Below are positions 14,328 to 64,000 of a stretch of 64,000 bases of DNA, one piece after another (the stretch's first letter is position 1; every line of letters begins with the position of its first letter). The translations under genes were made by a program, and so were the position numbers. This DNA comes from Octopus vulgaris (Eukaryota): assembly GCA_951406725.2 (NCBI GenBank), contig OX597822.1:69378001-69442000 (forward strand), in the 5' to 3' direction. Below the pieces are notes generated by a model, which was not told where the DNA came from, ran no database searches, and saw nothing but the letters and a program-made list of their open reading frames with translations.

Positions 14328-15025
14328 TGCATACTCTTAGCTTTCTGAAGTTCTCAGTTGTCTAAATGAGGCGAAATCCTTCACCAGAAAAGGATAAACA
14401 TGTTTTCGACTTGTACAGACAATTTTTCTTCCTCTTTTTATGATAGAACTCATTAGGATTACACTGTTTATTTCGGTGGGGTAAGCATAATGACGTTGTA
14501 TTTTAAGGGAGCGGGAAATGGGAAATGCATTGTTCATTTATAACGTACACCTAACGGCCTCGTATATGAAGTCATTTCAAAAGAAAGAAACAAAAACTGA
14601 ATTGAGGACTTTGTTCACAGCGAGATAATCTTTTGTGAAAAGTACCCAGTTGACTGAACCGACTCAATATATGGTTGCTACGTATTTTATAAACTCTACT
14701 GAGAATATATACAAGGTAAAACGTGCGATCTAACACGAAAACCTGAAGAAACGTAAATGTGTATTATAAAGCTATATAGTATAGGTACACTAGCCTACTG
14801 TTTCTGTCACTCTATAGCCTGTATTATAAATGAAAGAATATTCATTTATTCGTTTCACTGACTTGACTGCGGCTATGCTGGAGCACCGCCTCTAGTCGAA
14901 AAAATCAAACCCAAAACTTATTCTTTGTAAGCCTAGTACTTATTCTATCGGTCTCTTTTGCCGAACCACCAAGTTATGGGAACGTAAACACACCAGCATC
15001 GGTCGTCAAACGATGGTGGACACAC

Positions 15026-15107
<82 letters not shown>

Positions 15108-15236
15108 GACGGGCTTCTTTCAGTTTCCTCCTACCAAATCCACTCACAAAGCATTGGTCGGTCATAGGCTATAGTAGAAGGCACTTGCCCAAGGTGCCAC
15201 GCAGTTGGACTGAACCCGGAACCATGTATATATACT

Positions 15237-15308
<72 letters not shown>

Positions 15309-15366
15309 CATATATATATATACATATATATATGTATGCATGTATGTATGTATATATATCTATCTA

Positions 15367-15442
<76 letters not shown>

Positions 15443-17351
15443 TTTGTGTGTATGTATATATATATATATATATATATACATAAGCAAAATAATTGAGATT
15501 CAGATAAATTAGATACTTGAGTTGAGGCACCAAAAATTAGTGCGGAATTATTCGTAGTTTCAAATAAGGTGAATAAAAGCAAAAATCAAAATTAGCAACA
15601 GAATATCCAGATGTGATGCAGTACGATCGTTTCAAGCAACTCCATTTAATTGAACAATACAATCATTACATCAATTTAAATGCAGAACTATCCTCAACTG
15701 AATAAATAAACAAATAAATATATAGAATTTATTTGTGTGATTTTACCTAATCCACTAAGATGGTCGATTTGCTCGACTAAAAGGCTGTGCTCCAGCATGG
15801 CCTCAGTCAAATGACTGAAACATGTAAAAGAGTAAAAGAAGCACTGGAGTGGTTACGTGGTTCAAAAGCTTACTTCCCAACCATATCGTTTTGGGTTCAA
15901 TCAGGCTACGTGGTACCTTAGGTAGGTGTCTTCTACTATAGCTCCTGGTGGAATAAATCCTTGTAAGTTGATTTGGTAGGCGGAAGCTTAAAGAAATTCG
16001 CCATATGTGTGTGTGTATGTCTTTGGGTTTTTTGTTTGTCACCAGTAATGCTTAGTAACTGGTGTTGGTTTGTTTACGTCCCCGTAACTTAGCGGTTCGG
16101 CAAAAAGACCGATAGAATAAGTTTTGTAGTCGATGTGCTCGTTTAACTTTCCAAGGCGATGCTCCAGCATGGCCGCAGTTCAATAAATGAAACAAGTAAA
16201 TGCTAAAAATAAATATATATATATATATTTATTTAATTAAGATTAAACTTCGTATATCCTTAGTTGGCTTAGGTACAGCTGTACCATCATTTTCCCCATT
16301 AAATTACACATCGAAAAATTAAGAAAAAAAAATGGATATAAACAATTGTTCTGTGTAAATCTATGAAGAAATTAACAAATAATTTATGGATTTAAAGAAT
16401 AAAAGTAAGTGAAATCGATCAAACGAAAGAATAATTGTTTTTCCATAAATATGCGTTGGCGGCAAAAGTTTTCATTGCGTCTGAAACAAACGATGGTTAA
16501 GTTGTTGGGAGAAAAGGAAAGAAAACCTTTTATGGTTATAAGTCAATTAAGTGTACAATTCTGAAAAGTTTGTAAATGGAATCTTTAGTCTATATTAGGC
16601 GAATGCTAGAGTATATTCAAAGACTAAAATAAACCTAGATTGTACACAGAAAACAAATAAATATATAAAAATTACATTATGTACTTTTTGACAAAGAATC
16701 ATACAAAACACGGCATTCAGCCTCATTTCGCTCGACGAAGATGGCCTACAGTTATAACATATATTGCTGTACATTATACAAACATTCATTTACATACAAG
16801 ATCAATAATGAGAAGAATTAAAAAATATATAGTTAAGGACAATATACTGGCTTTTTTTCTATTGAGCAGGTGATTGGCCGTCTGCAATTTGAGGAAACTA
16901 AAATCCTTTGGATGCTTTCTAAGAAATGTACGATTTACCTATCTTCTATTACAATGCGCGGAAGCTGAAGTGAGTTTGTAAATCTTTACAGAACATTCAC
17001 AAACCTCTCACAACTAAGCTGATTGATACAAAGTAACATTACATATATTGATTGACTGATAAAATCTAAACTCCAAAATATATGTTTGTCAATCGGCCGG
17101 TTTGCACAATAGGATCTCTGAAATAGTTGGCTTACTACTGGTTAATTTGTACAGTCGTAGCTCCATAATATGTGGTTTTATTTTATTATTATTATTTCTT
17201 TTTTTGTATTTTTAAATACATGTCGATACGAAATTTTGAATGAATTTTTCAGTGTTCATTGTTCTGGCAAAGACATTGTTTTACGTTTAGCTTTGATTAA
17301 ATAATATATACATACATACAAGAACAAAAACTACTACTACTCCTGCTGCTG

Positions 17352-17405
<54 letters not shown>

Positions 17406-18755
17406 TTACTACTACTATTATAACAGTAGTAAGAAAGGGAATAAAAACAAAAACACCAAAAGCAATAGCATTCACAGTAATAAAGATGACAAGAAGTTAT
17501 TTAGAAACACAATGACGACAACGACGACGTCGACAGGAGGAAGTGAAGTAAGAGGAGAATGTCGAGGAAGGGAAGAAGAACGAAAATAGATCGAGGTATC
17601 TGTTTTAATGAGGTTGATAAAGATCGTGAATATAATGAATCAATTGTAAAATTCTGAAACAAACGTATGTTTTTCACTGTCGTTTGGAATTTTAAATAGA
17701 TATATAATTATATTCAGTTGTAGGCACAGACCTAACTGTGTGGTTAATGAATTCGCTTTTGCATACGCGTGGCTTCAGATTCAGTCCTATTGTGCTGCAC
17801 CTTGGGCATGTGTCATCTACTATGGCCCCAGAGCGATCAATTGATTAGGGGGAAATTGCGTGCAAGGGTATCAAATATGTATGTGTGTGTGTGTGTGTGT
17901 GTGTCTGTGTATGTGTGTATTGTGCGTGCTCTCCACCGCTTGACATCAGGTGTTGATATTTTTTACGTTCGCGAAACCTATCGGTTCTGTAAAATAGAGC
18001 GATAGCATAAGTAGCAGACTTTTAAATAAATAAGTACTGAGATCGATTTGTCCAAGGAAAGCGGTGCCCCACCATGACCGCAGTCCGATGACTAAAAGGA
18101 ACGACAGAAACACTATTAATATTGATTTCAAATTTTGGCACACGGTCAGCAATTACGGAGGCGATGTTAAATCGATTTCATCGACCCCAGTGCTCAACTG
18201 GTACTTATTTTGTTGATTCCTGAAAGGATGGAAGGCAAATTCGTTTGCCTAAACATTTTGCTTAGCGGCATTTCGTCTCTCTTTACGTTCTGAGTTCAAA
18301 TTCTGCCGAGGTTAGCTTTGCCTAAACATTTTGCTTCGCGGCATTTCGTCCGTCTTTACGTTCTGAGTTCAAATTCCGCCGAGTCGACTTTGCCTTTCAC
18401 CCTTCAGGAATCAATAAAATAAATACCAGTTGAACATTGGGGGATCGATGAAATCGAGCCTTGTGCCAAAATTTAGAACCACTATTTCTTATATTGATAT
18501 TACATATCAATATGGTATTTATTTATTATTCATTTTTCTTTGCATTGGGCGGTTTCAGATGTAAGCATTACATGCTGCAGCAGATGGATGTTAATTTACT
18601 TAGTGAAAGGCGACATTTCACCCAACTGATACTCCGAGTTACGTTTGACAAATTACATGCGTTGATCTATTTTCAGATCAGTCAAGAGCAAAACAATTCT
18701 GTAGATGCTTCCACTCCCGTGAGTAGCATTGCAAGAGATGTTGCTAATGTATGTA

Positions 18756-18860
<105 letters not shown>

Positions 18861-20220
18861 GTGTGTGTATTGCAATCTGACGTGTAACTCTAATAGACAT
18901 AAAAATGTAATGCAGAGTTTTATATACCCCTTCCATAGGCAGAACAAAATGTGATTTGATGAATTACAAACCTTAGTCCTTGATCGGTTTAATATTCTGT
19001 TCACAGAGAGATTTGTAGTGTGTGTGTATATATATATCTACAGGGAGAATTCACAAAAAAAAAACCTCAAAAGACGAAGACAGGTGGTGTAGACAACAAA
19101 CAGATGTATTAGTATAACGCTCGGGAAGTGAAAAAGTCTTTAACGTTTCGACCCTACGCTCTTCCACAGAAAGGAACACAGAAAGAAACAAGGAGAGAAA
19201 ATAAAAAATGTGTAGTGGCTAGCGATCTATCATGGCGAATGCCGGACAGAAGGGTCACACAGGAGAGCTAGGGAGAAGGGGAAAGGCGCAGGAGTGACTG
19301 TGTGGTAAATAGATTGCTTACCGAGCACATGGTTCTGGGTTCAGTCCCACTACGTGGAAACTTGGGCATATGTCTTCTACTATAGCCTCGGGCCGACCAA
19401 AGCCTTGTAAGTGGATTTGGTAGACAGAAACTGAAAGAAGCCCTGAAACTGAAAGAAACCGAAAGGCAGTGAGCTGGCAGAAACGTTAGCACGCCGGGTG
19501 AAATGCGTAGCCGTATTTCGTCTGCCGTTACGTTCAAATTCCGCCGAGGTCGACTTTGCCTTTCATCCTTTCAGGGTCGATAAATTAAGTACCAGTTACG
19601 CACTGGGGTCGATATAATCGACTTAATCCGTTTGTCTGTCCTTGTTTGTCCCCTCTATGTTTAAGCCCCTTGTCGGTAATAAAGAAAAAAGAAACTGAAA
19701 GAAGCCCGTCGTATATGTATATATAAGGATAAATCGATAGCTAGATAAATGCATATATATACATACACATAGAGATATGTGAATATGCATATTAGTTACA
19801 ATGCGCAGTAATCGTAGCGGTTATAAACATCATTGGTGTTGGGAAATAGTTGACAAATTAGAAACTTTCTGGTCACATTTTTCTTCACGTGAACTCTTTG
19901 TGTCAGATATAAATGAAAGAACGCCGCTTGATTTAAAATTTAAATGATGTGAACTGACTACGCAGAAAAAGTATACGAATACAAGGCAAGCAGACGAATG
20001 AATTTATATCCAGCAAGACTGTGTTTGAAAACCTGTGACTCGTGTTCACTTGACATTTGTGAAAATAAGCTTTTGTTTCTCACTGAGGCGATATTATTAG
20101 GTTATCCATGCGAAAATTTTGACAATCGATTTAACACATCCTGTTTGCACTTCAGCTGGACCATCGGCACCTTCAACACTACCAGCGTCATCGTAATGGT
20201 CCTCATCATCGTCATCGTCG

Positions 20221-20258
<38 letters not shown>

Positions 20259-20891
20259 GTTATCATCATCATCATCATCATCATGAGAAAGAGCAACTAA
20301 ATGAATTTCGTCCACTATCTTTTTATTTTACTCGATGTAAAAAACAAGCATTTCTGCTTCTAATACATTTTCAGCTGGTATTTTTTAAATTTACAACCGA
20401 CATAATAATCATAATATGTCTATTATTATGCGTTATGTAATATACTCCGTCAGGTTGCGTAAGTCACGAAAGCTACATCTACGTTGTCGGCAATCATCTT
20501 CTCGGCATTGCAGTTGGTAATCGTGGATATCATTATTATAAGTTGTTATAGCAACTGCTGGTCAACCACTGCATGCGGACCACTTAAAGATGTGAGTGCT
20601 TATTGTGGTCTTTTGGTTGTGTGAGGGGTATGCAGAAAAGATTCTTAGATGTCCCAGAGGGATTAGAGTTGATGCAAGTTTTTCAAGAATCGTCAATGGA
20701 AAACTGTTGCAAATCCTTCCATTTTCTGACTTGAAGTACAAGAAGACTTATGGGAAGGCCTTTTGGTGTGATGTGAGTTGACTTGGATAGCGAAGGATTA
20801 GACTATCCGATGGGAGCAAAGACTATGATGGGTAGTTAATTTCTGTTTATTATTGTTGTTATTGTTGTCGTTGTTGTTGTCGTTGTTATCA

Positions 20892-20959
<68 letters not shown>

Positions 20960-21516
20960 GCGTGAGAGAGCAGTGCATGCCATCAAAGTGACACTGGGGT
21001 AAAATATACGAAGCCCAGTATACCCATCATGATTACCCGTTTGATAAGGGTACACCAGGCACATGCATCACAATCATATGTGCGCGACATGGTGATCTTA
21101 TATCAAGATAAACAGCACATCACCTTGCAGGTGGGGCCCAGTTAGAATTTTCTTCTGGTCGGGTAACCCATCCCACTCAAAAGTTCCCGGAATAAGGGTT
21201 GTTTAAGGATGTTGAAAGAACCACCCATGTTTCCAGAGGTGAATTATTCAAACCCCAAAGAATCCTTCTCAACACATGGCTATGATGCTCCCCCACTACT
21301 TCTGCTCGTGATCAGAGATGCACATATCGTCAGCCACTAAGGGACATGCTCAACTGGTTAAGGTCAAACAACTGACAAGCAAATCTGTGGTATTGAGCAG
21401 AATATTTGCTGTAGCCCATCTTTTATACCAAGACAAAACAATGTACATGATAACACTTCCAATCAGTTAAGATCAGAAGCCACGAGAGCCACTGCCTGGT
21501 ACTGCATCAGGGCATT
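20960..21516. repeat. About 550-bp non-coding dispersed repeat always next to (TTA)n; copies at 719-1204, 7062-7185 (partial), 34510-35047
   Basis: Shared left end GTGAGAGAGCAGTGCATGCCATCAAAGTGACACTGG in three copies; right end CTGCATCAGGGCATT-like in two. Confidence 0.88.
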
Positions 21517-21527
21517 CATTATTATTA

Positions 21528-21595
<68 letters not shown>

Positions 21596-21719
21596 TTGTT
21601 TATTTATTTAACACGGAAATGTTGCTTTTTCTTTTTACTTCAGACCGAATATATATGCAATAAACTACTGCTGCTGTATCTATGCTATAACATGTAATTC
21701 TCAATCTTAATCTTCACAG

Positions 21720-60997
<39,278 letters not shown>

Positions 60998-62982
60998 GTA
61001 TTGTTATTACCTTTTGGGTTGTTTCTTTATTTACAGAAATCTTATTTTAATAGTGCGCTTTTTTTGCACAATTAGGAGTAGCTCCGCTTGCCTTGACTAT
61101 CTGCAATGGCTTCAAAAGGTTTTGTGTTTTTGCGCTTTTCTAATATATTGAAAGTAATCTATGTAATATGTGACGTGCATATGCATTTACATGTATCTTG
61201 TGAACACAAATATATGAACGACTGCTACTATTAAGTTTAAACCTCAACGTATCATTATCCAGTCTGCATCCAATATGGTGGTTAAGCAACTACAATATTC
61301 GGTAATATTACTAGTTATGATATAAAGAACAGATGTATGAGAAATTACGATAAATGTAAGTTTATATTATTCGCTCATACGTATGCTTCACTATTTTAGT
61401 TGTTTGAAATTCCGTATTGGATGCCCTAAGTGTAATTGGATGCACACATTAGATCATCAGAAGGACACTTTATCACATTATGTTACAGAGAACTAATGTC
61501 TAGAGTTGGGTAAGATGGTCAGGCATTCTATAAATATTTTCAGAAGGAAGTAGAAAGAAATCAATTGGCTGAGAAACATAAAAGAGACAAAGAAATAAGA
61601 GAAAGGGAGGGGCAAAAGGAGAAAGAAAAGACAAAAGAATACAGAGAATCAGAAAATAAAGAAAGAGAAAAAAAGAGAAACAATAAACAAGATGAGAAAG
61701 AAAAAAAGGAATGAAAATCTTATACAATCATAAAAGGGATGACAAAATGTAAAAATATCATAAATAGAAGGGATAACTAAAAAAATAAATATACCAAGAA
61801 ACAGAGAAAGCTTATATATAGTGATCAACGAGAGCAGACGAGAGCGGAACAGGGAAGTAAGAGGTTACAAAAAGTGGAGCGGGGTCAGTTAACATTGATT
61901 GAAACCAAGAGATTGGAAAACGAATACAAACATGCGGTGAGAAGTTTTCTTCCCAACTACATGGTTCCGAGTTTTGTCTCACTGTGTGGCATCTTGGATA
62001 AGTGTCTTCTGCAATAACCGCGGGCCGAGCAAAGACTTGCGAGTGGATTTGGTAGACGGAAACTGAAAGAAGCCCGTCGTATATATATCTACATGCATAT
62101 GTGTCTTTGTGTCGGTATTTTTTCCCAACAACCGCTTGACTACCGATACTGATGTGTTTACATGCCCATAGCTTAGTGGTTCGGCAAAATAAATCGACAG
62201 AATGAGTACAAGCTTTAAAAAAAAACATAAGTACTGGGACCTTTTTTAGTTCAACTGAGATTTTTCAAGTAAAAGATAAAAGATAAAGATATACATAAAT
62301 ATGAGTAGGTTATGTTCTCACAAAGGATAGGTTCGGAAGGACATTTTGTGTATTTCAAAAGAACTAATCCTAAACACACCTTTTTGATGTACAAAAGTAT
62401 AGATTCATACAAGAAGGCATATAGTCATCTTCTTTTCTTTGCCAGTTGCTTTTCTTTACTTCTTTCTCAAAATACTTATAAAATGCCTCGCTATCTACCT
62501 AGCTCTAAATATTCTCTGTAATATAATGCAGTAAAGTGCTTCCTGACGACCCGTTGTGGTTAAGCATCTAAACGCACTTAGAGTATCTAATGCAGGGATC
62601 CAAACAACCACGACGGTGAAAAGTACGTAGGAACTAACAGTATGGACTAATAATATGTACTTGGCATACCCCAGTGAACAGTCTCCTTCTCGTTATATAA
62701 GTTAAATATTAAAGCGGCGAGCAGACAGAATCGTTAGCACGCCAGGTGAAATACTTAGCAGCATGTCATCCGCCGCTACGCTCTGAGTTCAAATTCTGCC
62801 GAGATCGATTTCACCTTTCATCCTTTCGGGGGTCAAGAAAAAAAGTATCAGTCGAGTATTAGAGTCGATGTAATCGACCATCCCCCACCCCCAATTTCAG
62901 GCCTTGTGCCTATAGTAGAAAGGATTATATAAGTTAAATACCTGAATACTTTAAATATCAAAATCTTCACTTCAAAATATGT

Positions 62983-63184
62983 TACTCTTTTACTTGTTTC
63001 AGCCATTTGACTGCGACCAAGCTGGAGCACCGCCTTTAGTCGAGCAAATCGACCCCAGTACTTATTCTTTGGAAGCCTAGTACTTATTCTATCGGTCTCT
63101 TTTGCCAAACCGCTAAGTTATGGGGACGTAAACACACCAGCATCGGTTTCAAGCGATGTTGGGGGGACAAACACACACACACAA

Positions 63185-63247
<63 letters not shown>

Positions 63248-63390
63248 TACGACGGGCTTCTTTCAGTTCCCGTCTACCAAATCCACTCACAAGGCTTTGG
63301 TCGGCCCGAGGCTATAGTTAAAGACACTTGCCCAAAGTGCCACGCAGTGGGACTGGACCCGGAACCAAGCTACTTACCACACAGCCACTT
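62983..63390 (-). mobile_element. tRNA-derived SINE family C with internal (TA)n(TG)n and CR1-like tail, representative copy; others near 5340, 9768, 14850, 15840, 17720, 19284, 23780, 41830, 46250, 61930
   Basis: tRNA-like head, CACCTTGGGCAAGTGTCTT core, tail GGCGGTGCTCCAGCATGGCCGCAGTCAAATGACTGAAAC. Confidence 0.88.
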
Positions 63391-64000
63391 CAGAAGAATA
63401 CATATATTCACCAACGATTTTCCTACAATTATTAATTTTTCGCTTTTCATTTTATGACTAGATTTTATTAAAATTCTCTAGAAAATTGCAGTTTCAATCC
63501 TATGCATTGCTGATGGAATCGGTGCATGAACAATTATCAATTTCAATCATAGCGTTTCAACAAATCAATAATAAATCCTGGTTATAACTATTCAAAAGTT
63601 ATTTTCTCGTAACTTGATACATTCCTTTCAGTTCAGAAGTTTATTTATATTGGTAGTGTGATTAGATATTTTAAAGCGAATATTTTCATAATAAATATTT
63701 GCATTTTAATCTATAGAAGTTTTTTTTTTCAATTGTGACCTTTAGGTCACAAACTTAATTCCAATAAAGTCTGAGTTACATCTATCGTGACACCACCAAC
63801 AACGAATATTTTCATAGATGGTACTGGAGCTTGAGAAAGGCGGCGAGCTGGTAGGTACGTTAGCACGCCGGGCGAAATGCTTTGCGGTATTTCATCTGCC
63901 GCTACGTTCTGAGTTCAAATTCCGCCGAGGTCGACTTTGCCTTTCATCCTTTCGGGGTCGATAAATTAAGTACCAGTTACGCATTGGGGCCGATATAATC

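Overview
AT-rich, microsatellite- and transposon-dense animal DNA; the SINE families and repeat landscape look like a coleoid cephalopod (octopus-like, inferred). One host gene crosses the window on the + strand: ten internal coding exons (21720-60997; GT-AG introns, consistent phases, 1328 nt, about 442 aa) of an SLC6 Na+/Cl- monoamine transporter. Its motifs ([20 protein letters not shown]) suggest the invertebrate octopamine/noradrenaline (OAT/MAT) branch. The TM1 exon and C-terminal exons were not found in the window. Non-exonic DNA holds a two-ORF CR1-type LINE with an open ORF2 and an unusual Myb/trihelix+CCCH ORF1, two inverted CR1-type copies in (TA)n, an RTE, many R4/Dong pieces in (TAA)n, a HERO-like fragment whose 3' UTR carries a non-circularly permuted hammerhead-like motif, mariner/pogo/hAT elements, Helitrons and several tRNA-derived SINE families. 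Most listed ORFs are microsatellite artefacts. All family calls come from motif recognition by eye, not database searches.
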